Positions 1-17,089 of a stretch of 64,000 bases of DNA are shown here, piece by piece. Within the stretch, counting starts at the first letter, position 1; every line of letters starts with the position of its first letter. The notes under the pieces are model-generated. The model had not been told where the DNA came from, ran no database searches, and saw only the letters and a program-made list of their open reading frames with translations. Both the position numbers and the translations under genes were made by a program. The DNA comes from the human T2T-CHM13v2.0 reference genome, Homo sapiens: NCBI RefSeq assembly GCF_009914755.1, contig NC_060927.1; one strand, 5' to 3'.

Positions 1-31
1 GTTCCTCTAGAACCACTCCCAGTACCAAAAT
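1..31 (-). mobile_element. Start of HERV-L internal region abutting its 5' LTR (element continues off the left edge)
   Basis: The reverse complement reads gattttggtactgggagtggttctagaggaac directly after the LTR end, as in the recalled MLT2A/HERVL junction. Confidence 0.65.
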
Positions 32-585
32 CTGTACTATTCAGGCTTCTCAAAAGGGACCGAACTAATAGAATAGATGTATATATATGAAGGGTAGTAT
101 ATTAAGGAGCATTGACTCACACAGTCACAAGAAGAATTTCCACAGTAGGCCATCTGCAAGCTGAGGAGTAAGGAAACCAGTCCGAGTTCCAAAATTTCAA
201 AAGTAGAAAAGCTGACAGAGCAGGATTCAGTCTGTGGCCAAAGGCCCCAGAGCCCCTTGCCAACCACTAGTGTAAGTCCAACAGCCTAAAAGCTAAGAAC
301 TTGGGGTCTGATGTTTGAGGGAAGAAAGCATTCAGCACAAAAGAAAGATGGCCAGAAGACTCAGCAAGTCTGCTCATTCTACTTTCTTCCACCTGCTTTA
401 TTCTAGCTATGCTGGCAGCTGATTCTCTAGATGGTGCCCACCCAGATTCAGGGTGGGTCTGCCTCTCCCAGTCCATTGTTGACTTAAACATTAATCTCCT
501 TTGGCAACTCCCTCTCAGACACACCCAGGAACAATAATTTGCATCCTTCAATCCAATCAATTTAACACTCAATATTAACCATCAG
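32..585 (-). mobile_element. MLT2A-type ERVL LTR
   Basis: The minus strand begins tgatggttaatattgagtgttaaattgattggattgaaggatgcaaa (MLT2A start). Internal motifs include aggccatctgcaagctgaggag. Confidence 0.85.
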
Positions 586-1710
586 TGTGAAAGATCTCTA
601 TAATGAAAACTATAAAATGCTGATGAAATAAATTGAAGAAGACACCAGAAAATGGAAACGCATTTTATGCACATGGATTGGAAGAACCAATATTGTTAAA
701 ATGCCCATACAACGCAAAGCAATCTATAGATCTAATGTAATCCCTATCTAAGTACAAATGGCATTCTTTACAGAAATAGGAAAAAAAAAACTAATTTATA
801 TGCAACCACAAAAGACCCAGAACAGGCAAAGCTATCCTAAGTAAAAGAACAAAACTGGAAGAATCACATTCTCTGACTTCAAATTATACTACAGAGCTAT
901 AGTAACCAAAACAGCATGGTACTGGCATAAAAACAAAAACATAGGCTAATAGAACAGAACAGAGAACCCAGAAATGAATCCACAAACCTATAGTGGACTC
1001 ACTTTTGATACTTCTTCCCTACTGTAGAGAAAAGACAGTCTCTTCAATAAATAGTGATGGGAAAACTTTATATCCATATGCAGAAGAATGAAACTAGACA
1101 CCTATCTCTCACCATATACAATAATCAAATCAAAATATATTGAAGAATTAAATCTAGGACCTCAAAATGTGAAACTACTACAAGAAAACTTTGGGGAAAA
1201 TCTCCAGGACATTGGCCTGGGCAAAAATTATTTGAGTAATACCACACAAAGCACAGGCAACAAAAGCAAAAATGGGCAAATGGGATCACATCAAGTTAAA
1301 AAGCTTCTGCACAGCCAGGGAAACAATGAACAAAGTGCAGAGCCACAGAATGGGAGAAAATATTTACAAACTAGTTATCTGACAAAGATTGATAATGAGA
1401 ATGTATAAGGAGCTCAAACAACTCTAAAGGAAAAAATCTGATAAACGGATTTTAAAAATGGACAAAATATTTAAATAGACATTTCTCAAAATAGACATAA
1501 AAACACTAAACGAGCATTTTAGAAGGTGCTCAACTTCACTGATAATCAAAGAAATGCAACTCAAAACCACAATGAGATATCTTACACCAATTAAAATGGT
1601 TTATATTCAATGATAGGCAATAACAAAGGCTGGTGAGGATGTAGAGAAAAGGGCATACTGGTACGTTGTTGGTGAAAATGTAAATTAATATACTCACTAT
1701 GGAGAACAGT
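586..1710 (+). mobile_element. Older L1 (L1PB/L1MA-like) ORF2 3' fragment, truncated at 1710
   Basis: Diverged ORF2 motifs (gtaaccaaaacagcatggtactggcataaaaac; ORF 1088-1408 MKLDTYLSPYT...), with frameshifts and stops. Confidence 0.85.
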
Positions 1711-1715
1711 CATTA

Positions 1716-3715
<2,000 letters not shown>

Positions 3716-4388
3716 GAATGTCTATTGTGTACATAAATAAGAAAGAAAAAGTGTATATCTATGTCTGTCTGTTTAGTTTATTTGTTTGCTTCTGAGACAT
3801 GTCAGAATTTTCTCTTTCCATATGACAGGGAACATGTCTTCCTCATGTATTTACATATAAGGAAGGGACTTTTTACTCCATTTTAGGAAAGGACAGCAGA
3901 AGAGAAATATTCCAGCATCTCCAAGGCTCCTATTTTTCCTAGAAAAAGGAGTGATTTTTCTGATTATTACATTTGGGAGAGAAAAAATAATATGATGATT
4001 CTGCTTTTGGGAGTGCTCTCTTTGGATTCAGTCTATCTACAAAACTCTCTGTGTGATCTGCTGGTGACAGTCAGTTGTCCGGCACCACCTGTGGCATGGT
4101 AGGACTCTCGTCTGGAGTTCACACATATTTGGCTGCATGTCCATTCTACCTTTGCCAGTTTAGTCTTACCAGTAATAAAGCTAAATTTTGAGTCTAGCTC
4201 CAAAGTAATTCCAAATGTGAGCCATTTTTTATCTGTCTCTAATCTCAGTGTAGATGATGGCAAAACAAGACAGCAATTCTATCAATTAAATCTCTTCTTT
4301 GAAATTGAAATAACATATGAAGCAAATTTGACTTATTCAATTCTTCACTTTTGATCTCACATAATTCTGTTTATATAATCATTTTATA

Positions 4389-4464
4389 TACATTACATTA
4401 CTGTATTGTATACATTTTATATAATCATTTTAAATACATTACATTACTGTATTGTATACATTTT
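4389..4464 (+). repeat. Short direct repeat of about 30 bp, period 46
   Basis: tacattacattactgtattgtatacatttt occurs at 4389 and 4435. Confidence 0.8.
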
Positions 4465-5109
4465 GTCTATTTCTTCTTTGATTTTGTTTTTGTTTTTATA
4501 ATTATTTCAGGTGTGGGGAAAAATTCTGTCCCTGATACTCCATCTTGTCCAGAACTGGAAGAGCTCATTATTTCTTTATTTGTACTGTTTTTATCTATTC
4601 ATCCATAGTGTTCTCAACAGAGCTATCAAAAGTATTATCAAAAAACTTTTGATAATATTTACCAAATATCCAAACACATTCGATAATTTATTCATTAAAT
4701 TTAATTTTCTAGAAATCTCCTTCATTCTCCTGATTCAATCTGGTCTGGTCCTTTTCCAGGCCTGTTTTATGACATTCTTTCTGAAATTTTTATCTCTGCC
4801 CTCTTACGTAAAACTTTTATTTGCTGAATACTATAACATCCTAACTGTAGGTTAACTTTCTTGTTTATTTTTTTCTTTTTTTTCTGAATCACAGTTTGTC
4901 TCATATATGAAAAGTAGTTTTAGGAGGTCTTTAATATCTAAAAGAATTACTGCTTCATCTATAGTGTTCTAAGAACAAATCACCCTTTCATAATTTTGGA
5001 GCATTGTTCTGTTTTCTTTTTTTTTTTCTTTTTCTTTTTTCTTATTTTGCCACAGATGGGTAAGAATTTTATTCCATTCATGACTCTCAAGTACAAGGAG
5101 CTTCAAGTT

Positions 5110-5250
5110 ATTTTTCATCTAAGAGTTTCATAGTTTTAGCTCTTACATTTATGTCTTTAATCTATTTATAGTTAAATTTTGTATGATAATAAGGTAAGGG
5201 TCCAACTTCATTATTTTGCATATGAATATCTAGTTTTCCCAACATGATTT
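5110..5250 (-). mobile_element. Old L1M ORF2 fragment
   Basis: gagtttcatagttttagctcttacatttatgtcttt...gggtccaacttcattattttgcatatgaatatctagttttcccaaca is typical antisense L1M. Confidence 0.7.
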
Positions 5251-5447
5251 GTTTTTTTGTTTTTTGTTTTTAATTATACATTAAGTTTTAGGGTACATGT
5301 GCACAACGTGCAGGTTAGTTACATATGTATACATGTGCCATGTTGGTGTGCTGCACCCATTAACTCCTCATTTAACATTAGGTATATCTCCTAATGCTAT
5401 CCCTCCCCCCTCCACCCACCCCACAACAGGCCCCGGTGTGTGATGTT
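5251..5447 (-). mobile_element. Young L1PA extreme 3' end (about 200 bp)
   Basis: Poly-T, then attatacattaagttttagggtacatgtgcacaacgtgcagg...ccccggtgtgtgatgtt. Confidence 0.9.
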
Positions 5448-6529
5448 CTGAGAAATCTAACAATTTACCATCACCTGATTAATTATATATAATTTGATTT
5501 AGTTTCTATGTATAAATGCCCTCCTCACTGTTTACTTTATAACTTTTTTTCTATTTTCATGATATTGTATATTGTTTTCTTTTTGTGTATCTGAAATTCA
5601 AACTTCACTGGGCCTCCTGTATTTTTATTTGTTAAATCAGGCAACCCTATGCTAGTGTGGCTATACTGTCACTCAGATTCAATCTCTTCAGGTAGTAAAA
5701 AACTTCCTTTAATCTCCCTTGTAATATGTAAATTGGCGCATGGAAAAATGACTTGCAGAGAGTGGAAGAGAATCAACAGGCAGATGAGATAATCTCTATG
5801 CTGCACGCTCCTAACTTTGGTGTACAAAATTTTCACCTAATCACCTAATATTTAAACTCTTTGTTTATCCCTGCTTCCTATGATAAGTGGTGCTTCAAAA
5901 TCCTGTAAATATAGTGTTCTACAATTCAAGTTAATGTTCAATATCCCCCTATAGCTATGATCCCCGTTTTACTGTCATTTATCACTCATTCTTTCATCTT
6001 CTACATCTTTCCAAAAGTTGTTGAAATTTATTTCCCTTTTCTTTAGGCTCTTATTTTAGTTCTAAGGGTTTCTACCACTTTATTATCACTTAACTAGGAG
6101 TTTGGAAGGGATATATGTTAAACAGATGATAAATCTATAGGTTTTATCAGAAGTTGAATAAATGGGATTAGACATGAACTGGTTATAGATAAAATAAGTA
6201 GAAGAAACTCAAATATTCCAATATTTCCTCTAAATTATGGTTGTCCAACACATCTACAAAGGCCCTTATTCAGAGAGTATAATAAAGATTTGTCATGCCC
6301 AGCAGCAACCCTCAACATGGAGTAAACCTCTTGGCTTTCACATAGCACAAGTAAGATTGGACCGACAACTCTCAATGAGCTGAATATAATGATGAGCCCT
6401 GATTCTGTCAGTGCAAATGGGTCATACATAAAAATTAAAGAAATATTAAGTTTTTTATGGATGGAAGCCTGGTTCTACTAACTGCTGTATTAAGTGAAGC
6501 ATTTGGAAAATATGCATTTAAAAGATAGG

Positions 6530-7380
6530 GTATAGAAGTTCCACTTGAACCATGATAGTGTGAGGAGCTCCATAAACTCACTCCCCAGTGAAACAGGTGA
6601 AAATTATATATAAAACAAAACCATTTATCTGGAAATGAACTTAAGTTCATAGCAATAATAAAGAATATTTGTTTAATAAAATCTAAAACTCAGTAGGAAT
6701 TGTGAGAGTATGTTGGATCTTAATCAACACCTGTAGCATTCCATTTCCCTTCCAACTCGGTAAAACAGAAGCTCCACTTCAGATTAGTTAGACAGTAAGA
6801 TAGGGCTTCCTCTCTCCCAACTTCCAGTCAGAGGTCTATTTACCCAGAAGAGGTAGAACTTCAGCATTTAATTTCCTGCCCTAACTCCCTGTTGCTAAAC
6901 ATAAGTTCTGGAGAGTGAAGCTAAGAGGTGGAGGCTGCTTGCTTCTGCCCAGCGTCCACTTGTGAGACAGAGGCTTTACTTAGGCTGTGCTGCCAGTAAG
7001 AATATTAAAACTCTGAGAGTGATTTTTCTGACTAATGGCGTAAGGGTTTCATGCCAAAATGGGCAAACTGAGGAGGTCTAGGCCTGTGTCTCCCCCATCC
7101 ACTGAGCAATCAACAACTAAATTAAGGGTGTCAAATAGAGAGAAATATGTTATTTTCCCATTTTCAGCATCAGAATAATGGCTTATAGATTTTTCCTAAG
7201 TAAGTCATAGAACAGAGAGCACAAACACCTCCCCAAAGGATTGACTTTCTTTGCAAAAGAACATGAAGAAATTCAAGCCTAGGGACACTCTTTAAAACAG
7301 TAGAAGCTGTAGTTAAAAGAAAAGTGATTTAGAAAGAATTCTGATTTCATCAGAGATATAAGCTAATCTGTAGGCCTATA
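6530..7380 (+). mobile_element. Probable ancient L1M 5'-region remnant
   Basis: General resemblance to L1MC/MD 5' ends; highly diverged. Confidence 0.35.
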
Positions 7381-7839
7381 ACATATAAAAACATATATTT
7401 ACTACTAACCATCTATATTTACTGTAACATATATTTACTAATAAAGAAGAAAGGTGGGAGAAAAACTATATGGTAGTGTGTTTTATGTGGCAAAGTGATA
7501 AGGTTTATGCATAAATATTAACCTAAATACTCTTGGCTCCTGGGAGATTTATAAACAAACTTTAAGAGAATGAGTTACAGACTAAGAACATGCATTTGAG
7601 ACACCAAATTGCACTGAGAAAAGTATTCTGTCTTATTTGTGCCATTACACATGTTAGACTCATTTGTTTCAGAAACTAGTTTATTTAACCAATATGTAAA
7701 TTATTTATACCGACACACATTTTAGAGTGTATTGGCTGTTGGTGTACCATGACACATATTAGACTGTTGATTGTACCATTCCACATGTTACAGTTATTTG
7801 TTTCAGGCATTAGAGTCTATTTAACCAACAGAGAACTAA

Positions 7840-8860
7840 TTTGATGGTAAGGTGCTGCCATAACTGATATAGATATAATTAGCTAAACAGTTTAATGATG
7901 ATCTGCCAAGAAATTGATGTCAGCAGTTAGAAAACTAAAGTCCTTTTTTATGCAGAGACAGCACAGTTGGTAAAATTGTTATAGTTGACAAGTTGGAAAG
8001 CAGTGCATGTCTCTGACAAGACTTCAGCTCTGTGGGAAGTGTTTGGAAAGAAATGGAGTGATAGTGTTTGTTGGCATTTATTTTCTGCTTTTACTACAGT
8101 ACTAAACAAGAGAGATGAGCTCAGGCACAGAGAAGAATTGACAGTTTCCAGACAGAAATGTAAGAGAACAAATTCCAGAAATGTGTGGCTTCACAAGATT
8201 AGAAAACCAACCTTCTTGTAGGCCCCAAATCTAGTAAAAATGCACCAATGTTTGGGTGATAATATTAAGTTTCCTGTTAAACAAGATCATTTTGTCTTCT
8301 GATAAAGTGCAAGCCTTTGTACTCAAGCTTATATTTTTAGGTGGCCTTATGTTAAATGAGAGTGAATAGGCTGAATAAGTTGAGAAACAAAGCAAACTTG
8401 AGACTTGGGTCTAGAAAAAGAAAACTAAGTGAGGTCACTGTAATATAGACATTTCTAGAAGCAAACAGATCAGAAGTCTGCTTTTTTTTGAAGAAATTGT
8501 TTTATCAAGGACACCAAGAGATTAACATAATAGTGGCTTTGTCTATTTAAGCATTAAACTACTGTTTTGTCACTAAACTTTCAGCAGCAAAATATAAGTA
8601 GTTGAAAGGTGTACAGCCACTTGAAAGGGCATTCTTCCCTGTAATCACTTCGATGATGCATTGGAGGATGATGAGCAAGGCAGGACTTCACAAAGGTGCA
8701 AACACCCACTCACATATGCTCAAAAACACACATGCACACACTCACACACACACGCACTCACATAGGCGACACTGTAGATCATTGACAAGCTGTTCCTACC
8801 AACAGAACAAAATCAGTCTTATTAAGGAAGCTCCCCATCCACAATGAAGGAAGCTTTCAC
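7840..8860 (+). mobile_element. Probable MaLR (MLT1) internal remnant
   Basis: ggtgctgccataac and cagttggtaaaattgtt motifs recall MLT1-int. Confidence 0.35.
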
Positions 8861-8869
8861 AAATGCTGC

Positions 8870-9235
8870 TGAAGTGGTTTGGCTCTGTGTCCCTACCCAA
8901 ATCTCATGTCAAATTGTAATCCCCATGTGTTGAAGGTGAGGCTTGGTGGGAAGTGATTGAATCATGGGGATGGTTTCTAATCGTTTAGCACCATCCCTCT
9001 AGTGCTGTCTTGTGACAGAGTTCTTACAAGGTCTGATTGTTTAAAAGTGTGTGCACTTCCCCCTCGCGGTCACTGTCTCTTGACCTGCCATGGTAAGACA
9101 TTGTAAGTTTCCTGAGGCTTCCCAGTCATGATTCCCATTAAACCTGTGGAACTGTGAGTCAATTAAACCTTTTTTCTTCATAAATTACACAGGCTCAGTT
9201 AGTTCTTTAAAACAGTGTGAGAATGGAATAATACA
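8870..9235 (+). mobile_element. MSTA/THE1D-type MaLR solo LTR
   Basis: Begins tgaagtggtttggctctgtgtccctacccaaatctcatg, contains aactgtgagtcaattaaacct, ends gaataataca. Confidence 0.9.
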
Positions 9236-9859
9236 AGTACTCAGCAGGATTTCATAATTGTAATAAACCAGTGATTGCTGTGTAAAATTTCCAGTCTCTA
9301 CTATTCAGAAAGGGAGTTTTGTCATGGTCATTTTCTCAATGTTTAGCATTATATGGAATGGGTAGGGCCCATGGCTTTTCTTTTTAGTTCATAGCTTGAA
9401 CATTTATGGGGAGACTTGGGATTGTGTGATAGTCATTAAGACCTGACATATAATGCATTTCTCCTTCTTTTAGGCACAATCTTCTGTACAATTTTTGAAG
9501 TTAGCACTGATAACTGATTTGGTGTAGCTGCTTAAGTATTGGTGGAAATTATGTGAGTTCCATGTTCTCCTCACCAAACATGGTAATCATAGAAGTATAT
9601 ACCTTAATGGAGATTTCATTTATCTGCCTTAGTAAATAATCACAGAAATCAAAGCCCTCTGCTGCACTGTGTTGGGCAGGTATTGTGATTGAGAAATATA
9701 TGTTGATGGCATTTAGCCACTGATATATTGCCATTCTCTGTTAGTTACCATAACCTAGATTATTCTCATTGATTAAGTGTCCCTTAAAAATTAAATAACT
9801 GTTATCCATATGGGAAGTAAGGTGTCTGGAAAACCGACCTGGAAAATCAGAGAGGAAAC

Positions 9860-10240
9860 TGAATAGCTGGTCATTTTACTGTTTTCCTCCTGCTCTGTTT
9901 ACACAGTTGGACTAAAGTTCCCAGTTTCTCTTCCACTTAAGTGTGGTCACATGACTTTATAGTCTTCGAAATGTGAATAAAAATTATGTGTTCCACTTAC
10001 ATGATGATTCATGTTTGATCATCATATAATTCTCTTTTCCATCAGACAGCTGTATGCAAAGTAGTACAAAGAACTTTTAAGCCACATGTTAAGGTGGAGA
10101 AGGCAAGGATAGATTAATGCTGGGTATTTTATTCACAGCTTGGAAAAGGGCTTCTTGTCAATTAGGAATACCTGCTTGGAATCTTAGTGGTGCATAGCAG
10201 ATTTTTGTGACATTATTTTTGCAGAAGCTAACATTACCTT
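9860..10240 (+). mobile_element. Old MLT1-family LTR remnant
   Basis: ttcccagtttctcttccacttaagtgtggtcacatgact motif and diverged 3' end. Confidence 0.45.
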
Positions 10241-10495
10241 ATCTCCTCACTATCCCCTCCTTCCATCCAACATACCTACCAGGAAAATTAATGTACTACT
10301 TGATTAGATTGATTTTAAGATGATAAAAAGACAGAGGTGAATTGACAAAACATTAGCCTATTTGAAAAATTAATTAAATTTGAAGAGAGATAATCCTTTA
10401 CTTTAATCAGTGGTGGAAAAGTAAAGGGAACACATATCAAGTTCTTTCTTTCCCTTTTTGAAATCAAGTAACTGAAGCACGATGCAGTTATTTAT

Positions 10496-11913
<1,418 letters not shown>

Positions 11914-11992
11914 ATTAGTAACCTTCAAAAAGGGAAATAATGCATATTATTTCTTTACTTATCTGATCTATTTACATATAGCTGAAGTAAAG

Positions 11993-12309
11993 TTATTTAT
12001 TTATTTATTTATTTATTTTTTTATTTATTGAGAATGGAGTATCACTCTGTCACCAGGCTGGAATGCAGTGGTGGGATCTCAGCTCACTGAAACCTCTGCC
12101 TCTTGGGTTCAAGTGATTCTCCTGCCTCAGCCTCCCACGTAGCTAGGACTACAGGCATGTGCCACCACACCAGGCTAATTTTTGTATTTTTAGTAGAGAC
12201 ATGGTTTCACCACGTTCGCCAGGATGATCTCTATCTCTTGACGTTGTGAGTTGCCCACCTCAGCCTCCCAAAGTGTTGGGATTACAGGCATGAGGCACCA
12301 CGCCCGGCC
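11993..12309 (-). mobile_element. AluS (Sc-like) with (TTTA)n tail
   Basis: Dimeric Alu; Sc-like features ctgtcaccaggctg and aggatgatctctatctcttgac. Confidence 0.9.
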
Positions 12310-13229
12310 ATAGAGTGATTTCTTAAGTGAACACTGTCATGAGGCTGTAGCATTACTCAAGATCACAGAATTAATACAACCTGTAATGTAAACTCCATTC
12401 TTTAACCTCATAGCTTGCTTAGTTTTACCTTTTATAAGGATCAATATGGGAATATAAGATAAATATTGACATAGAAAATTATTTAAACCAAAAATTTGAG
12501 CTTCTCATAGCAAATTAAAGGTCCTGAAGTTAAAACAATTACAATCTTAAATTTTGAAAATTTGAAATATTTACTTTGAATATATTCATACTTTTAATGT
12601 TTATGTGACATATAAATTATTTGTGTGCTTAGAATATTTACTTTATAAAGTTTCACATGTTATCTTATGATATTTACTATATCATTATTTAATAAACTCC
12701 TTAATGTATGTTATAACTAATTTTGAACCTCAAAAATTATGAAAACCAATTATAAAAAGTATACATGCTAGAATATTAAATTTTATCATTGTTTATTTTT
12801 GAGGGTGGTGGCACTTGTTTGTTCACTGGAATTGAACTAGAAAGAAAATATATGACTGATTATTAGTATTAAATGTCACAACATCTGGATATTGATGCCA
12901 TAGTCTATGAAATGTGACAGACAGTCAATACCTAAGAGACAATTCCACTTTGTATGAGGACGAGGAAAAAAGTTCCATATATATCTATTTAAGCAAGTCA
13001 AGATGATACATGACAACATGCAATACCAATTTTTATGCAGATATGAAGAAATGCAAACATAGAAAACATTTCCAAAAGTCATTTATGCCTAAAACAATTT
13101 AATAAAATGACATGTTCTTAACCTCTTCAAAGTTTTCAAAGTTTCTAAATGAATTTCTGTTGTACGATAATTTCTATTAAGATTAGAAAGAACAAGACAT
13201 CACTGTCTGGCAAGCAAATTAGCTATAAG

Positions 13230-14125
13230 AATTTTTAAAATTAACACATAGTAATTGTACCTATTCATAGGTACAATGTAATGTTTCCATACATGCATAC
13301 ATTGTATGATGATCAAATCATTGCAATTGTTTGTTTATAATCTTAAATAATTATCATTTCTTTGTTCTGAGAATATTCAAAATCCTCTTTTCTAGTTAAG
13401 TTAAATATGGAATGCATTACTGTTAGCTGTAACCACCCTACTATGCAATATAATACCATAACGTATTCCTCCTATCTAACTGTAACATTCTGCTCCCTGA
13501 CCAAAATTTCCTAATCTCCTCTGTCCTTTATTATTCCCAGTCTCTGATAATCACTATTACACTCTCAAATTTCATGACATCTTTTTAAAATAAAATAAAA
13601 TAAAATAAAAGATTCCACAAGTGAGTGAGATCAGGCAATATTTGTCTTTCTGTGCCTGGCTTATTTCACCTAACATAATGTCCTCCAAACTAATTTATAT
13701 TTTTTTTCAAATGACAGATTCCATCCATTTTATGGTTTAATAGAATTCCCTTGTAATTTCATTGTCTATATGTACCACATATTCTTTATCCATTAATCAA
13801 TTCATGAACATTTAGGTTGATTCCATATCTTGGATGTTGTGGATAGTGTTGAAATAAACATGGAAATGCAAATATCTCTTCAATACACTAATTTTCCTTC
13901 TTCGGATATATACCAAGCACTGGGATTGTGGGATAGTATGATAGATCTATTTTTCATTTTCTTGTGGAACATTCATACTGTGCTTTATAATGGCTCTATT
14001 AATTTACATTCCCATCAACAGAGTCATAAGAGTACCCCTTTTTCTATATCCTTACCAGCATTTGATATGTGTTGTCTTTTAGATAATAGCCATTCTAACT
14101 GGGGTGAGGTGATATTTCATTGTAG
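13230..14125 (-). mobile_element. L1MA-type 3' end
   Basis: gtgagtgagatcaggcaatatttgtctttctgtgcctggcttatttcac and agccattctaactggggtgag. Confidence 0.85.
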
Positions 14126-14879
14126 GGGATCTACTTTGCCGTCTGAAAGTGCTCCACACTTTCTCTGATAATTCTTAATACTTTAATTAAAAAAGGTGAT
14201 TAAATACATAACTCTCCTTGACATCCCATTGCCACCCATTGTCTTTTAATTCAACTAATAAAGATACTTAATATATAATCAGTTGCTTCTATCAAACTAA
14301 ATTTAGAAAAAAAAATGTAAGTATGTGTGGAGGAGTAGGATATGGGAATTCGGCATTTAGAGAAAGCTGAAAAAACGTATACACAAAACACTTTTTAAAA
14401 ATTATCGAGAAAGAGAGGCTAAAATTCTATAGAAAGTACATTCTGAATTTGTGGGTTTTCTTATTCCAAGTATGATGGCCTAAAGATCCAGAAATAGATT
14501 AAGCTTTATTGAAAGAGCTTATTGATTCAAAAATGAGACCAAATTGTAAAATCAAACGCAATTTTACTTTTAAGCACAGATTTTGCCGGACGTGAATAAG
14601 GCAAAAGCAGTGAACTAAACCTCAAACAGCCAGCTCTTATCTTTCTTACTTTATGGTAATTCCTTAAAGAAGGCAATAGGAATTGTATTGTAGATCAGAC
14701 ATGTGAAAATGAAGAAATATTATTATAAAGAGAAAAACAGAGATACAGAGAGAATATGTGTGTGTATGTGTATTCTTTTAAAAATATGTGTACCTCTTAA
14801 AATTGTGACTTGAATTCTTCTATAAATTTAGTAATTGCCATTTCCAGGATTACCTTGTGAAAACATTATTATGCTTGCA

Positions 14880-16405
14880 GACCAGAGCATGACGGCTGCA
14901 TAGGAGGCTCCATTAATCATCCCATTGCAAAGACACAAATTAACAACTATCTACAGACACAAAATCACCTTCATAAGAACCAAAATTAGGCAAGCACTCA
15001 GAGTACCTGGTTCTAACTTTATATCACTGAAAGAGGCACTGAAGAGGGAAGAAAAGACAATCTTGAAATGCTGATGCTATCCCTCTCTCATCCCTTGACA
15101 GGTACCACATGGCACAGAGAGAGAATTTGTGCACTTGGGAGAGTACATCACTTGTGAAACATTGCATTGAACACAGTCCTTCCCTGTCACAACAGAAAGC
15201 AAAACTGATCTGAACTCAGCTGGCACCCAACCAAAAAGGAAGTATTTAAACCAGCCCTAGCCAGAGGGGAATCAACCATTGCAATGGTCATAATTTCCAT
15301 TCCCAGAAGCCTTTCCCCCATGGGTTAAAGTGCTGTGGGGCTCTAAATAACTCGAAAGGCATTCTAAGCCACAGGGCCTGCAACTCTTAGTTGAGTTCCA
15401 GTGCTGAACAGGGCTCAGAGCCAGTGGACATGAGGACATGCAACCTACTGCAACAACAGCAAGTGTGGCTAAGGGAGTGCTTGTGCCACCCCTCCCTGAT
15501 ACCCAGGCCACACAGCTCAGGGCGCCAAAACAGACCCATTTTTATGCTTGAGAAGAGGAGAGGAAAAAGGAAAGAAGACTTTGTCATGCATCTTGGATAC
15601 CAGCTCAGTCACAGTAGGACAGGGCACTGGTCAGAGTGATGAGGCTCCATTCCAGGCTTTGGCTCCCAGATGACATTTCTAGACACAACCTGGGGTAGAA
15701 GGGAAGGTGCTGCTTTGAAGAAAAGAACTCAGTCCTGGCAGGAGCCATGACCTGCTGATTAAAAAGCCCTGGGTATTGACAGCACTATGAAGGTAGTATG
15801 CCATGGGCCTTGGGTGACACTCTGAGACTCCCTGGCTTCAGGTGAGACTCAGAACATTCCCAACTGTGGTGGCCATGGGGAGAGGCACCTTCTGCTTGGG
15901 AAAAGTAAAGGGGAATTTGTTTTGCACTGTAAGTACTATCTTAGCCACAGAGGGGTAGAGCAGCAAGAGGGCTCTTGAGTCCCCATTTCAAGGTCTTGAC
16001 TTTATGATGTCATTTCTGGACCTTCCCTGGGCCAGAGGGGAGCCTACTGTCATTAAGTGTGAGTCCTAGACCAGGTAATATTCACCACAAATTCACCAGA
16101 GAGCCCTTGGGCCTTAGCTGTAGCCTGGAAGTACTGTGGGCCTGTACTCTTCTGGTGGCGGCCATGGAATGAGGCTCCTCTGCCTGTGGAAAGGGAAGGG
16201 AAGGGTGGGAATGACTGTATCTTGTGGTTTGAGTGCCAGCTCAGCCATAGTACTATAGAACAACAGACATTCAAGGTTTTTGCCTGTAGTGTCTGGCTTA
16301 CAAATGGCACTTCTTGACCTGCCTGTGCAAGGGGGAACTTGTTGCCCTGAAGGGAAGGACACAAGCCTGGTTGATTTCCCCATGTTTCAATTATTGAACC
16401 CAAGT
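14880..16405 (+). mobile_element. Old L1 (L1M1/M2-type) 5'UTR with about three diverged internal repeat units
   Basis: caccttcataagaaccaaaattagg...tatatcactgaaagaggcactgaagag. The ccagctcagccacagtag-like unit recurs at about 15600, 15940 and 16237. Confidence 0.65.
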
Positions 16406-16409
16406 GGCC

Positions 16410-16775
16410 ACCTAGTATCTGCACAGCTCCGTGCTTGAGACTCAAGGCCCTGGTGGCTTGGGCTCACAAGGGGATTTCCTGATCCATGAGTTGCACAGAT
16501 CTGTGGAAAAAGTGTGATTTCCTGGGTCAGGTAGCACAATCACTCACTGCCTCCCTTGGCTGGGGGTAGGAGCTCCCCTTGCCCCATGCAGCTCCCAGGT
16601 AGGCCATCACTCCACCCTGCTTTTCCTTGCTCTCCATGGGTCATGTCAACTGCCTAGTCAGTCCCAATTAGAGAACCTGGATTCCTCAGCTGAAGGTGCA
16701 GGGTTCACTCATCATTTCGTTCTTCTCAGTGGGAGTCCCTGACAGCAGCTACTTCTAGTCAGCCATCTTGGCCCC
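16410..16775 (-). mobile_element. 5' terminal 365 bp of a middle-aged L1 (L1PA10-16/L1PB-like)
   Basis: The minus strand starts ggggccaagatggctgactagaagtagctg (L1 5' terminus with YY1 motif caagatggc). Confidence 0.8.
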
Positions 16776-17050
16776 TTTTGAAATCTATTTTGTCCAATAT
16801 AAATATAGCTATTCCTGAAATTTTTTGATCCATTGGCATGGAATATCCCTTTCAATCTCTTTGTTTTTGGTCTATGTGAATCTTTGTAGGTGGCATGTGT
16901 TTTCTGTAGGCAACAGATCATTGGGTCTCTTTTTTTAACTCATTCAGCCACTCTTGTCTTTTGATTGGATTATGTAGTCCATGTACTTTCAATGTTATTA
17001 TTGACAAGTAAAGACTTACTCTTGCCATTTTGTCCTTGTCTCTGTTTTGT
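16776..17050 (-). mobile_element. Old L1M ORF2 endonuclease-start fragment
   Basis: Remnants YLSIITLKVHGLHNPIKR and ICCLQKTH in ORFs 16918-17133 and 16712-16921. Confidence 0.8.
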
Positions 17051-17089
17051 GGCATTTTCTTCCCCTTCTTTCTTAAATGCTCCCTCTTT

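Noticed and set aside
4480-4855. Splice acceptor tttcag at 4510 followed by a 114-aa ORF
   Set aside because: Low-complexity hydrophobic translation, no recognisable domain and no partner exons.
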